Assembly (NCBI RefSeq): GCF_001194135.2
Contig: NC_068998.1
Span: 23,854,185-23,918,184, forward strand
DNA from: Octopus bimaculoides
Lineage: Eukaryota
Length of the DNA: 64,000 bases
Direction of reading: 5' to 3'
Shown here: positions 27,601-42,659 of the stretch, piece by piece
How the letters are laid out: the number at the start of each line of letters is the position of its first letter
How positions within the stretch are numbered: the first letter of the stretch is position 1
Notes under the pieces: model-generated
Database searches by the model: none
Told to the model about the DNA's origin: nothing
What the model saw: the letters and a program-made list of their open reading frames with translations, nothing else
Made by a program: the position numbers and the translations under genes

Positions 27601-28050
27601 TGTTATGATTTAAACAGAAGGTGGGAGATGTAGAGATTCCCATTTTGTGTAGGTGTCAGAATGCACGAAACACAACTTGATTCATGTTGGTTGTACAACA
27701 GAACAATTAAACAAAATATTTAAGGGGCACAGATTCGATGTCACGCCCAATAACAGTTGTTCGACAGCACTTGCTGTATATTTCGTTTCAAACGTCTGCA
27801 GTTTTGAAAATCACGCTCTGGAAGAATGAATAAAACGACGTGAGAATATCATCAAATTTATACAAAACTGTTTCATTATATATTCTTTTTCCTTTTCTTC
27901 TTTTTTTCCTCTCTTTTATCCGTCTTTTTGTTCTGTCTTTTTCTTTTCGCTTGTTATAAAATTGAAACTTAAAAATGTCACTCGATCAATGTGAGGACGC
28001 TGGTTGCTCTCATTCATACTGTAAATTTAAATTTCTCTCATTTTAAATTT
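24665..28050 (+). mobile_element. Penelope-like retroelement (degenerate) with RT, GIY-YIG and an upstream C48 peptidase-like region
   Basis: VINLSKLKL..VSVLELGLSFYPG (about 25660-25740); ASKGGAIIIMGKSEY (26104); VSSLYSNIDHDEGVEAC (about 26535); TGCAMGTPIAVNFANVFM (about 26695); WLRFSNDVFFVWKG (26811, YIDD position); FLD (about 26965); IKRICTD; LIHVGCTTEQLNKIFKGHRFD (GIY-YIG-like, about 27680-27740). Multiple stops and frameshifts. Confidence 0.85.
24940..25400 (+). pseudogene. Ulp1/SENP-like (peptidase C48) domain with one frameshift
   Basis: DKLIDVG*NIEAENFP..QPT; HLIRNNHF (His at 25083); VYVYDSL (Asp at 25128); VQQ. After a frameshift near 25240: GAYDCGFFVLSYVSEL (Cys at 25256) and FDQSKLRAHLRFCFRNDKFVPFP. 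Confidence 0.75.
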
Positions 28051-28196
28051 TTATCACTTCTTATTTTGAACTCGACAAAGACAGACTTACTGTCGAAATA
28101 TTTTTTAACCAATAAAATATAGATTACAATCGAATCGCGCTCTTCGTCTTGACTGTTTACCTTTGTGAATAGTTTCGTCAATCCTTTTAAAATAGT

Positions 28197-28219
28197 ATTA
28201 TTATTATTATTATTATTAT

Positions 28220-28274
<55 letters not shown>

Positions 28275-28313
28275 TGTGGTGGTGGTGGTGGTAGTAGTAG
28301 TAGTAGTTGTAGT
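28197..28313. repeat. (TTA)n(TAG)n(TGG)n compound microsatellite
   Basis: Directly visible; followed by a partial family B SINE at about 28302-28425. Confidence 0.9.
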
Positions 28314-30177
28314 AAGGCAGTGACCTGGTAGAATGATTAGCGTGCCGGACAAAAGGATTAGGGGCATCTCTTCCGGCTTTATGTTTTGTGTTGAAAAGAA
28401 CGCTCCAGTTATTGTCAACAGCCACTGCTAGAAGGGCTAGGCCTGCCGTTACTGCTGATGAGTAGCGTTTCCATGACAGTGAGCAAATGTGCGCACCACT
28501 TCTCAGACGGTGAGGAGGGAGAGGAAGAAGAGGAGGAAGAGGAAGAAGAGGAGGAGGAGGAGGGCATAAGCAGCAAAATCAATTTGTGAACGAAAGGAAG
28601 AAATGCTAGAGATATGACATTTAAAATGTTTCAGTTTTGTGACGTATTATCATTCTTTAATATTGGAGAAAATTAATTGTAAAGGAAGCAGTAACACATA
28701 GAATAGGTCATACTTGAATTCAATTGAAGAACACAGAGCTAAGAAGCGAGCCGTGCTTCAATAATAATGAATACGTTGTTTGAATTCTTGTATGAAAGGG
28801 ATTGAAAATGGCAGAATTGTTAACCTGTCTTATTAATTTTCAAAGACCTCTAAGATGTATTTGTATTTAGCTCTTCATGCTTGTAGCATTAATTGGATGA
28901 GGAATAACTCTCAATATGGATATTAGCCGTGGATATTTTCTGACTTTCAAATAACAGTTCAAATTAGATACAGTCGGTTGCTACAAGTTGTCACTACTTA
29001 ATTTTTTTTTTTTTTTTTTTTTTTTACTTTCCTATCCATATACTTAACTTTTCGAGACTCACTCTAACTGTTACTCTGTCTATGTACTTATAAGTTTTCC
29101 CAGAACATCAACTGGCTCGAAATCCTTTGCTTTCTGTATTCTCCTTGGATGATTGAACCTGTGACTTTTCTAGGAGACTTTTAACACCATCTACTTCACA
29201 GGTTTCTAAGGATCTTCGAAAGCTATGGACATTGTCTCGACTATTCGATAAAATCATTAGGAAAATAAAATACGAAACCTTTACCCTCAAGGGATTTCAG
29301 CTACAACCGTTTTGTTTGTTTCTTTTGCAGGTATATTGTCTAGAAATACATTATCTCATGTATCATTTATTTTAAAATCTGGCAGGTTGTGGTATGCGAC
29401 AAGAGAGCAATTTAGCTACTATTTTTCAGGAATGGCAACAGTGTTATTGTCGTCTTTCTGTAAGTGATTTGTTTGAATGCAGATTTTATAGAAATCTGTT
29501 CTATTCTCTTGAATCATTTCTCAAAATCTAACTATGTAACTGTGGTTCATTGAAGTTTTCCTTTGTAATCAGAAAAAAAAATATAGACATTTGATTCCAT
29601 ATACAAGTGAAATTGTTCCTTAACAACTCATCAGTTTCACCAAAATAAAATAAAGAAACATTGAAAAACATTTACGAAAATTCTATTATAAATGTCTTCA
29701 TAAAAGGTTAAAGAAATAATGTCATCAAAGAGATATTTATTCTTTCAAGCAGCTCAATAAATAAAACAAAACAGAAAGCCTATACATGAAAAAAATATTA
29801 AGTTACATAGTAAATATTTCAATTGTTCAATGAACAAAGATATTTACAAAATATACTTGAAGAAATTTAATTCTTGTTTTTATAGAATATCTTTGACTCA
29901 CGTATAATGTTAGTTGTTGAGCATGAATGACTAATATTTGTGGCCCATATTCTATCCTAAAACATTAGACTCATCAGCATAATTTAAAATCTGTGTTTCA
30001 TACTGGTATCAATTAAAAGGTTTAAGATCTCATATTTCATGCTCAAAACTGTATCATGCCACAGTGTCTGCGTTGAGCAGTTTATTGGGTGTCCTTCCAA
30101 ATGACACAATTCAGAAAGGAGCATGAGAGCAGCAGAATGATAATAATAATAATAACAACAACAACAACAACAACAAC

Positions 30178-30291
<114 letters not shown>

Positions 30292-30298
30292 TAATTCG

Positions 30299-31279
<981 letters not shown>

Positions 31280-31714
31280 AATTGACTAGGACAGATTGAA
31301 TTGCTTCTTTTCTCTTCAAGGCACCGTTGTCAACGTCCACTGGTAGTAGTAAACACATTTGACCTCTGCTGAACCGAAGGAGTGCGAAGATCCTTTTGTC
31401 TCAATGGCTGACCACTCCACCATCTGCCGAATCTATTTATAGACCTGTAGACATGATCTATTCACCAATCTGCTGCCCATCTAGTGGTGGTGATTGTGAT
31501 AATGAAAAATAAATTAAAATAATAATATACTACAGCTGCTGATACTAAATACTACTAATACTATAATAATACTACAACTACTACTATTATGATAGCACAG
31601 GAATCTGAGGCCCAACTATCGCCCTTGCCACTACTCCCACCCCTGCTACTGCTGCTGTTGCTGCAACCACTGCTACTACTACACATAAAAACAATAATAC
31701 CAGTGATATCAGCG

Positions 31715-31781
<67 letters not shown>

Positions 31782-31809
31782 TAATAATATTTTTTTTATT
31801 AATAATAGT

Positions 31810-34630
31810 GAAAGGAAAAGGGTAGAGTCTCCTTATGGGTTAGTAATGATACATCTAGTGATGGTATCACTATAAAAACACTGGTAATTGAACAACCTGA
31901 TAATCGCTACCTCCTGTGAGTGACAATGAAAAAACAAAATATTGTGAATAACGGTGGTCATGAAACTGAGGCCAATGATGGTGACAGTGTTACACTCGGT
32001 AGGCAAGAGATTCTGATCCAGTTCCAGCCTGTCGATATCCAGAAAGGGATCACCACACACGGCGTAGATGGACCAAACAAATTAATGCTGTGGTCATGGA
32101 GTGTTACTACCTGAGGAACCTGGGAGATGAAAACGGTGCTCAAATTAGGGGTTACCGACAACGTATGTATGATCATTGGAGAGAAAAGGGATTGTTTCAA
32201 CTCACGGAACAGAAACTATCTTATCAAGCTAGAGTAATAAGAAAAATTGTTGGCTCACAGAAGTAGAGCTCGAAGCTAACAAAAGACGGGTCATGGATAA
32301 TAGCAGCATAGATAAGAATGAAAATACAGCTCTTACTTACAAGAGTAATCTCATAGTACAGGAAAGGAGCAGTGGTAGCTTACTTGATGAGAGACATTTG
32401 GATGATCTAAAAGAACACGATAAAACTAATAATGACATGACAGTTGAACAAAAGGCAATCTACGGCAGAATAAATATAAGACTACAGGAGAACGATAGCG
32501 ACATTATTTGCAACCTTAAAAAGTTTGGTCGATGGAAATTGAACCAAGAATCGAAATTTTGTCAAGGAAATTCTGAAATACATCAGAACAAACAATATCA
32601 CAGAAACAAATAATTTGATCAAGGCTGCAGCTATTGTTGTAGCAGAAATTGTGGGTGTTGATATCAAGAAAAAGAAATATAATGGGAGTAACAAAAGAAA
32701 ACTCCATGGGGGAAAAAGAAGAATGCTCGTGAAGGAAATTTCTGTGTTAGACCGAAAGGAGAAAGGGGAGCTTAAAAGCGAACAAAAATAAAGGGCGCTG
32801 AAAAGGAAGTATAATATTAAAAGAAAGGGCCTGAAAGTAGCAGTGGAGGAATTGAAACAGCGCCTCGTTGCAAAGAAAGCAAAGATGGAAACATACGACG
32901 AAAGAATGAAGGGTTACCATCAGAATATGTTATTCAGAGTAGATCAGAAGAGATTCTATAAAGAAATAAATGGAGGATGTACAGATGAAAAATTGATACC
33001 AGATAACATTGAAAGTCAAAGGCTTTGGAGTGATGTCTGGAGCAAAGACAAGGAGCAAAAGAAGGATGTTGAATGGTTGCAAGGACTGAAACAAACAGTA
33101 GTCTGTCCAAAATAGGCAGAACTAGTCATTTCATTTAGGGAAGTGAATGAAATCAGCAAAAAAATGAGGAACTGGATGCCCCGAGACCAGATGGAGTTCA
33201 AGGCTACTGGATCAAAAGATTTGGTGAATGTCACGCACGAGGCGCTGCGCAGCTCAACACTTTGTTAAATGCCGACCAAGCAACACCAGAGTGGTTGACA
33301 TTGTTTGGGACATTGCTGTGCAAAAACATCGACAAAGGCAATACGGTAGACAATTACAAGCTGATATCCTGTTTGTCACTAATGTGGATGTTATTGACTG
33401 GAATACTCGCAGAGTCAATGTACGAACATCTAGAGACAAATGGAGTCCTGCCACATGAGGAGAGGGTTTGCAAGCGTAAATACAGAGGTACCAAGGAACA
33501 ACTCTTTGGTACCTCAGAGACTGCAAGAGGAGGAAAAGTAACTAAGCCATGTCATGGATCGACTATCGTAAGACGTACGATACGATCCCACATTCTTCGA
33601 TTATGTAGTATATGAACCTGTTTTGCATTGCAGTGAATGATGAGAGATTTCTTAGGGACAGTAGAAATTAGGAGGGGCATCTTCCGTCCGGATTGCCTGT
33701 CCCCACTGATTTTTGTACTGTGCTTGATACCACTGACACTGATTCTGAGGAAAGCAAAAGCTGGGTATGTATTCAAAAGCCGCCAGCAAAAAGTCAACAA
33801 TTTCTTATTCATGGACGCTCTCAAACTTTATGGTAAAGATGAAGCCCAAGTCAATTCCCTCGTTGATACGGTGTATACTTTCAGTGCTGATATCAGAATG
33901 GAGTTCGGACTGAGAAAGTGTGGTGTCTTAATATTGAAGAGAGGCAAAATCAAATGTATGGATGGACTAACAATACTGTCGGAGGAGGTTATGAAGCAGA
34001 TAGAAGAGACAGGCTATAATTACTTGGGGATTTTGGAAATGGATAAATTCATGGAGAAAGAAATGACAGAAAAATTTAAGGTGGAGTACTTGAGCAGAGA
34101 CTGATCCTTAAGTCGAAATTAAACGTACGGAATAAGATCGAAGCTATCAACACCTGGGCGCTTTCACTCCTTAGATATGGAGCAGGGGTAATCGCATGGA
34201 CAGTAGACGAACTAAACAGCTTAGACGGAAAGACAAGGAAGTTGCTAACTAGATATGGGTCACTCCACCCAAAATGTGACACAGGCAGACTGGTATGTAC
34301 CAAGAAAAAGAGGAGAAGAGGACTTATCGGATGCGAATACAGCATTAGAGCAAAAGAAAACAACATAGCATGGTATGTAAAAAATGGCACAGAACTGCTA
34401 TAACTAGAAGTAAGAAGATCAGGCTTGTGTAGAATGAACGATTGCAAAGATGAAGCATTATACAAGAAATTAGAAACGAATGAAACTGAAAATAGGTGGG
34501 TAAAGAAAAGAATACATGATCAATTTCATAGGGATGTTGAAGATAAGACAGACAGAGAAAGAAAGATGGCTGTGGATGAATAAAAGTGATTTAAAACCGA
34601 AAATGGAGGCTCTAATCCGTGCTGCCCAAG
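31810..34630 (+). mobile_element. R4/Dong-clade LINE, long degenerate copy
   Basis: RRWTKQINAVVMECYY..RGYRQRMYDHWREKGLFQLTEQ; ELKQRLVAKKAK..DQKRFYKEING; PDGVQGYWIKRF; KGNTVDNYKLISCL; GIFRPDCLSPLIFVL; FMDALKLYGKDE (YMDD position); FGLRKCG; YNYLGILE; KIEAINTWALSLLRYGAG. Preceded by (AAT)n at 31716-31790. Confidence 0.9.
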
Positions 34631-35065
34631 AGCAAGCACGGGGTCTATTTGTGCATGTCCATATACACTGTGTTTCCAGACACTCGGTTTCATTGAGATG
34701 GACGATTCTCGCAAGGATCGTATATTACCAGTCATCCTGGTCTTTTGTCACGTCCTCCGAACTGTTCAGTGTCTGGTCTCAGCCTTCCCTACTTCATCTC
34801 ATATCTTAATTTTTTTCCTTGCGAAAGGTCCTTGCATATTTTATAATCGGCAAATTTTTGTTTGAACAGATGTTGTCATCTATTCGCATTACATCAGTGC
34901 AGTCTTCTTTTCTGCCCACTACACCTGATTGATATCATGCCCATTTCTCTTCTCAACACATACTTTTCTGTTCATGCACGTCTAGGAAAGCATGACAGGA
35001 CAGCTTCATCACTTTCTAATTTTCCCAAATCCTCTGCATTCATGGCCCATGTTTCACTAATTTAC
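34630..35065 (-). mobile_element. RTE-like LINE C-terminal fragment
   Basis: Minus strand reads SETWAMNAEDLGKLE..LRREMGMISIRC..QKRRLH, in RTE C-terminal order; truncates the R4 copy. Confidence 0.6.
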
Positions 35066-35551
35066 AACTTTTAACACAAAAAAAAAAAATCACACAATAC
35101 ACCTTTCATGCTGATAAAGATAGACCAAGTTAAAATGTACCCTAGTTTTGAAGTAGATACCTGAAATGACCAACTTTACTGCAATATGTAATCCATTTAT
35201 CAAGGTTAGATTAAATTTGTTTCAATATGACAAATGTTAAGAAAAGAGATAGTTGACCGAAGTTTTTATAATACACTATTAAGATTATTTTCTTAAATGT
35301 GCTTCTGTTCTTCCTGATATGAGTTACATAAAAATGATGATTGACCAAAAGTGTTAAGAGCATCAGATTGAATGCGCTGGAACATTAGCATCGAATCTTG
35401 TTTTTGTTTTTTTTTTTTGAGTACAAATCATACCCGATTCAGCCTGATCGTTCATCCATTTGAGACTGATGAACTACTAGTCCAGTCTGTGACACGATTC
35501 CCCTCTCTCTCTCTCTCTCTTTTTCTTCCTCTTTCTTTCTCTTCCTTTCTT

Positions 35552-35597
<46 letters not shown>

Positions 35598-35759
35598 ACT
35601 CTGTTTATGTTCCTTTTATTTTTGTGGTCAGTGCTCGATTATGACAAGTCCTATTAGATTTCAATTGACAAAACGACACCACTACAACTCGATGAAGAGT
35701 TGACGGGCCAAAGCATGATATCCTTGCTAGGCTTCCAAGATTTGTGGAGTCATGCATCC

Positions 35760-36660
35760 ATACCAATTACTCCAACTAATTACATAAACGAGGCAATGCG
35801 AAGGCCTCTATATTGCCGTTTCATCACCTAAATTGAGAAGTAAAATTCTCTCGGATCACACTCTATTTTATAAATGGAAAGACATTTTTGGATTATGTTG
35901 TGGTGGATGCATTAGATTATTCATAGATGAAACACTTTATCAAAGACCTGATTTATCTGATCTAAATTAGATCCAAACAACATCGTCTACAACAGGAATA
36001 TCGAAATTCATCAATGTTGTCTCTGTCAGAGCTACAGAATAGCAGAAACACTAGTGTCCCCTTTTAAACGTTATCATTTTATAGATCCAATATCCATTAA
36101 TAATGTGTTTCGCATAATTAAGCGTTACATGTCACTACTTTAACACCTTTACCTGGCCATTGTGTACTGATTGACTTTAGTAGAATTCACTCCTTGACTT
36201 GTGGAGAGATAAACTCAATGCTTGTATTGCTGAAATAATAGGTTATCCTAATGCTTCCATTAGAGTTAATACCACTAAAATCTCCCGCCAGCCAATGGAT
36301 AATTGACGGTGTTACAAGGGATCGACTAAGTTTACCACGAGGACAAAACAAAAGGGCAACTGGTATTGAAGTCAAAGTAATTATATAATGGACGCTGCTA
36401 GCACCAAAGAAAATAATCATTTCCGCAGCGGTCGAAAAGTAGAAAAAGGCGACATTGTGTCTATGAGCAAGAGGACGAAGCGCTTCTGAGAGGGACTTTA
36501 TGCCGTTTAAGATGTATGTTTATGCAGAAAAAATCCATCCCAGATATAAGAGCACTGCTCTAATGTTATTATCTCTTGAGATTTGTAGAGGGATAATAAT
36601 TCTTAGGAGCAGAAATATCTTCTTGAATTGAAAAGAAAGATTAAAATGCTACTTCGCAAT
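35760..36660 (+). mobile_element. Possible highly degraded PLE 3' portion
   Basis: HCSNVIYLLRF near 36555 resembles the GIY-YIG S.NVIY motif; the rest is too eroded to read. Confidence 0.3.
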
Positions 36661-37753
36661 CTCAACAGTCAGTAAAAGTAACGCTTCGATAAATAAAAAT
36701 CAATAAAGTAGGAACAAGACTGAAGCAATTATGCAGTTGGCCCTGAGGTCTGCAACCCGGTATCACAGCCGTTCATTGAATGGACAGAGTAAAAAGGAAA
36801 TACAAAAACAAGAAAATAGGTAAGATAATTCTGGTGTGAGATATTCTTTTTAAGAAGTTGTAATCGCATTAATATATATGTATAAATTTTAATACAAGGG
36901 ATTTATGTTAGGTGGAAATAAAGAAACATGTGCATATGAATAACGAATGTTAGACTATGAGAATAACTCTTTAAAATAATGGTAACATTAAAATGCTTTC
37001 ATCAACTGATAAGTGTTTGATTAGTACGTAATTTGTCGCTATGAATTCTTTATCAACATAAAATTTCCATTTCGATGTAAATATAATTGAACTGACAATG
37101 AGAAATTGAGGTTTGTAATTATTTACTCTATACCTACAAGATTTTCCTTTTATTGCTTTATGATTGCTAGAATAAAAAAATTAACAAGCTAATGACAGTT
37201 TTTAGAAACCGAACACGCAAATCAATTAAGCGGGTATTGACGGAGGAAAATCGTCAACATTTGGTGTGTTGCCCGGAATACGATGATTGGTGCAGAATCA
37301 GTACGGTTTGGTGAGACACTAGCTACAGTAAAAAGATACATTATAGGATTACCTTAGTTAAAAACTTAGAAGAGTCCTGCAGCGAGATGACGTCCCATCC
37401 ATTTTTTTTTTTTTTTGACGTTAAGTTCAAAGGCTGCGTTGTCAGTTCGTTGGGTCTCTGTGACAGAAGTTCAACATGGTAAAAAAATCCAAAGTTTGTC
37501 TTGCGTTTGGCAGACCATGACTTTCAGCTTGTGTTAAGTGTTACGAAAGGCCGATAACAGACATAGAATCGATACAGGAAGAGACGACAAGTTGCTAGAC
37601 GAGCAAATTATTTGGATTGTTTAATTGTCAATATCCGGACTTCTTTTTATTTTACATTTTGTTTACACGCAAAAACCTACGCATTTTTTAAGCTTGTCAT
37701 TTTTAACTTAGTCGTTTTTTCTATTAGCTCTAGTGGTTAATAAAGAAGCTGCG

Positions 37754-37805
<52 letters not shown>

Positions 37806-37809
37806 CCAT

Positions 37810-39430
37810 TTCTTTTTCCTGAAATTGTCTTTCCATTTCTTACCGGGGGTCTTCTTGACAACTAGAGCAAAGAAACTCACTGTATATATTTATAAGACAT
37901 TGAAATAAACATACCAGATATTTCACTTACAAAATCAAATAAAGTTATCTAAACGAAAAAAAAAAAAATTTACATGGTTATCGTTCTCTCAGCGAAAATA
38001 ATCTTGGTAAGCCAAGGGACATTCTCAAATAATTTCTAGTTTCGTTTTTTGATCATCTCTAGTGCTCCTGCAATCATTGGTACTGAAGCCGCCTTGCGAT
38101 GCAACATTTTTTTGAATTCAATGAGCAAATATTTATATTTTCTGAGCTTGTCAAATTCTTTTGCCGCAATATTATGATCACGAGGAATCTTTATGTCAAC
38201 GAATAAACAGGTTTTATTATTATGGTCTTTAACAGCAATTTCCAGTTTATTAACTTTGATGGTTCTGTCTGCATGCTTAAGGTCACAAACAATCATTAAA
38301 TTTTCTCTCTTTATTGCAGCCTCTCACCTGCCAACAGTTTTGATTTTATAACGCCGACATATTTACCAGTGTGCATATTGCCCAACTGGTGTTAAAACTT
38401 TACATCCAGAAATTAACTGCTCCACTGTTTAAATCCCCTCATTGCTGAATCAGTGCTTTGGATCTTTTCCATATTTCATCACATTAACCTGGTCGTTCCG
38501 GGTCAGTAAGCCTCGATCTTAGACATCTAAAGTGATATCTTCACTCTCTGCCTTGAGTTTCATGACAAATGATCGATGTGCTTCTGGTCAATATCAACGT
38601 GTTTGTTACAGGCCACATATTTGCCAGGCAGTGATTTCTGCTCCCACCAACTCACCAATTATCCACGTGCTTTATTTCTTCGCCATTAATTTTGCTTTCT
38701 TTGCAACAACAGCTTACTCAGTTCTTTCGGGCTGCTTAGTCTGGGTATCGTTCATGAAATCAGTAACAAGATAGAATGCAGTTTCTAATGCCTCTCGTTA
38801 TTTTCAACGAGTTTTAGCAACTGATCATTAATTGTTTCAAGATGTTTCGCCAGTCCTGTTGCGTTTTTATAAGACCGTTCAAACTGGATCAAGCCTCGAT
38901 CTCCATAGGCTCTAGGAAGGTAAAGATGATCCGCGTCTGCATTTATGTGATGTATCTTATTACACCTCCGCAGCTTCCGAATTGTTATACCAATTTTCTT
39001 CATTCCACTGATTTTCCACTTCAACACACTGAAACTATAAGTAACAACTGGAACTGCTAAGGAATTTATAGCTAACACCTTGTTATGAGCATTTAGCTCA
39101 GATTTCAGGATTGCTCGAACTCTGCTATAACATTTCTTCTTGAACTTCTCCTTCATGCTTGCATGCTTAATGCCAAAGCCTTCATTTATTTCAAGGTATT
39201 TATAGGTTTGTTCCTGCTCAAGCTCTTTTATAAATGTCACAACATTTAGCACAATTAATTTCCTTTTCCTGAAAGTGGCCATGGCACAATTATATAGACC
39301 ATACTCTATCTCAATGTCATCACTGAATGTTTTCACTTTAGGTAATAGGTATTCAAGCTCATCATTATCCTTGCCATATAGTTTTGAGCTATCTATATAA
39401 AACAGATGGCTTATTTTCTTGTTGACAGTT
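37810..39430 (-). mobile_element. R4-clade LINE 3' half with restriction-like endonuclease
   Basis: KISHLFYIDSSKLYGK; YKYLEINEG; CYSRVRAILKSELNAHNKVLAINSLAVPVVTYSF; DRTIKVNKLEIAVKDHNNKTCLFVDIKIPRDHNIAAKEFDKLRKY (PD..D-type RLE region). Confidence 0.88.
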
Positions 39431-39688
39431 TAGATTTGCTTGTAAAGTCTATTAGAGTTAAGCAAAAATGTAAAATTAGAAGTGAAAGTTAGTCACCTTG
39501 GAAAACGTCACAGTTTATATGAATATTGTTTGAATCATTTCGGGGTTGATAAAAAATTAGAACCACTTGAGCAGTCGGGTCGATGTAATCGACTTACCCA
39601 CTTCTCTGAAATTGCTGGCTTTGTTTCAGAATTTGAAACTATGATTATTATTATTGTTGTTGTTGTTATAATAATAATAATAATAATT

Positions 39689-39892
39689 ATTATTATTATT
39701 ATTATTCAGTAGTTTTATTTTTATAACGTGCTTTCACTTCACTACCGAGCGCAGCTCTGTGCGCCTTGGGTATGTGCTGTGGTTTGCTGTGGTGCTCTTA
39801 TGTTTACTGTATTGAAAGTGTTTTGCGTAGAATGTGTGCAGTACCCAGTAGTGCAATTTTCTGTATGTTATATATATTTGTAAGTCCTGCTA

Positions 39893-39893
<1 letters not shown>
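39689..39893 (-). mobile_element. R4/Dong 3' tip inside (TTA)n repeats
   Basis: Minus strand reads AGLTNIYNIQKIALLGTAHILRKTLSIQ* plus a short UTR, with TTA/TAA runs on both sides. Confidence 0.8.
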
Positions 39894-39969
<76 letters not shown>

Positions 39970-41384
39970 GCAGCCAACCACACGTTGTTTTTAAATTGCT
40001 TTTCGAGGAAAGGCTACCTACTACTTAAAGTCTTTTTTTTATGTATTTATTCTCATAAAGGTAACATCGCGAATCTTGGTATGTATCTACACAGAATTAA
40101 TAGAAAAGAAAATTGTTTGTTGATGTTTTAAAGCAAATTTTGGTTCATGCTGTTTACATACAAAAATGGTTATAAAACTTCAAAACCACGCCCATCGAAA
40201 AATATCAACTGCATAAAAAACGCTATCACATATACAAAAGACGCAAGGAAGGACAAAATACAAATAACATAGACACACGTAATAAAAATGTAATATTAAT
40301 GGCAATTCCACTGAGAGTCAGGCTTGTATAAACAACGCCAGCGTCTCTGTTGTCAACAACTTAATTTGCCCAAATAATTTACTCTGTCAAATCAAAACAT
40401 TAGGATTATTTCATATGAGATCAGTTTTGCCTGCGTGACAACCCAGATTTATAGAGTGGAATAGGGTTTTCCTCGTAGAAAATCATTTGGGAACACCCTT
40501 TGAAGCTAGACAGTCTAACTCCGAGGAATAAATACAAGAAAATACGAAGTATGAGTTTGTTTAGCTGTACTTTTTAAAAGAAATACAGATAAGGGCAGTT
40601 ACCCTTAAAAAGAGGGGAAGAAAGCTTACAGGTAATATCACGTGAAATTCTTTCGCTTGAGAAGCGGAAATTGGATGTTGAAACATTGCGAAAATATCTA
40701 TCAACCGTAATTGTATGTTGAAGCAGTGAGATTCAACCTACAATAAACTTGCACTCGAATATTTGGAGCAGAGAAACACAAATGTGTCCGTGCTGCATAT
40801 TGGGAATTATATGAGTAGTGGAATTTCCAACTTGTACCACGGTCGTCTGTGCAGAAGTAACGAAGTTTGTAAGATGTAAGAAGGGTGGCATACCATCGTT
40901 TTGGGGTGAGGATGGATTTGCAAGTCCGAATGATTCTTGAAAACAAGTCCATATTAAAAGTATATTAAATTAAGGGGACAGAGGCAATGGGCATGTAACT
41001 GACGATGCAGAGCAAAAGGCCCGGTTGTTATACATGTAACTAAAAATACATTTCAGAGGCTTCCGCTTAGATGAGCTTAAAAGGCTGAAGAAGCAAAGGT
41101 GAAAGAATCAACCGAGGGCAACTAATTAAAAAATAGACCTGGAAGCTTCAATCTTCTAGAATCATCAGTCACAACACCGGAAATGGTGGATGAAGTTGCA
41201 AAAGCCAGTAAACCTACCCCACAATATCATATATTGGAGAGGAGTATCTAACAGCCAGAAAAGAGCAAAAGAAACAAAGATTGAAATGATCGCTCAAGAG
41301 AGAAGGACGGACCTTTCCAAACGGCCATTGAAAATGTGCAAGCTGAACTTCTTCAAAATAATAATGATTCGTGTCACTCAGTCG

Positions 41385-41750
41385 TTTACGACAACGAGGG
41401 TTCCAGTTGATCCGATCAACAGAGCAGCCTGCTCGTGAAATTAACGTGCATGTGGCTGAGCACTCCACAAACACGTGTACCCTTGACATAGTTCCCGGGG
41501 AGATTCCGCGTGAAACAGACTGTGACAAGGCTGGCCCTTTGAAACACAGGTACAGCAGAAACACGTAGAAAGAATGAGAGGAAGTTGTGGTAAAAGAATA
41601 TAGCAGGGTTCGTCACCACTCCCTGCTGGTGCCTCGTGGAGTGTTAGGTCATTTCGTTCACTAAACACTCACAACACCCGGTCTGAGAATTGAAACCGTG
41701 TCCTATGACCACGAGTTCGCTTCCTTAACCACTGGGCCATTGCGCTCTAC
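41385..41750 (-). mobile_element. tRNA-derived SINE family D
   Basis: Minus-strand head gagcgcaatggcccagtggttaagg..ggtttcaattctc (A/B-box-like), followed by a GC-richer body. Confidence 0.65.
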
Positions 41751-42659
41751 AATAATGATTAGTAAGTAGATGAAACGAATGTCACAGTTCTCGGTAAGAG
41801 TAGCACATTATTGACGCAGTAACAGTGTATTAGTAGAGCAAGTATATTACCTGAATATACAGCAGAGAGTAAAACAGAGTTAGAAATGTACCAACCAGCT
41901 ACACATAGAATACCAGTAAGCAATAGATATTTCTTCTACTTTAAAAGGAAGAGTTTTCTGCGAACGTAGGTTGCTTACATGACGAAAATATCAACCGACA
42001 CCTTTGATTTCTCGAGATTTCAATACTAGAAATGACAGTTGTAGAGAGACATGGAGTGCAATAATCATGCACAGACGAGACCTCTAAATAAGTTTCGTGA
42101 TTTATTTTCTGTTTAAATGACAGGTTTATGCTTTATTTTCATTACATGTAAATATCCGTCTTTTTATAAATCACTACCTAGTCCCCTTATATATTTTAAT
42201 GCGTCTTGCAACGCTCATCGTCTCTGCTTCACTTTACATGTCTTCAAAAGTCTTCTGTTTAACATTTGTTATATATCTTCACCCCTTGTGGCTAATAAAA
42301 AGCATTATTGTTATAACTATTCTTGTTGTCAATCATAGTTTAAGAAATATACCAAACATTTCCTTCTAAAAGAATAATTAGGTCAGTCAAGGAACACCTG
42401 CATGAAAGTACTCAAATTTAATAAAAATATTTAAAGACAGCCAATAATGTGGCAACACTTTAACACTGTTTAGGGACACGACTATTATTATTCAGACGTT
42501 ATCGAAACTACTCTGATTTTCAATAAACTAAATAGATTAACCAGGACAGGTTCGTAGACAGTCGAGTGAAAACCGTTCGAGTGAGGAGAATATAATGCAG
42601 CACTCTCTAGTAAATCCCCTCGCTGGTTTCTAAGTGGGTGAGAGCTTGGATGAAGTTTG

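Noticed and set aside
27850-28050. Hammerhead in the 3' end of the large PLE
   Set aside because: No recognisable CTGATGA/GAAA core could be found in this decayed copy.
28440-28490. Hammerhead at ctgatgag (about 28454), and similar hits near 49280, 53485 and 63818
   Set aside because: None has a stem II followed by GAAA on the same strand.
40690-40960. Host exon or transposase fragment
   Set aside because: GC-richer, but only short open frames and no motif I can assign.
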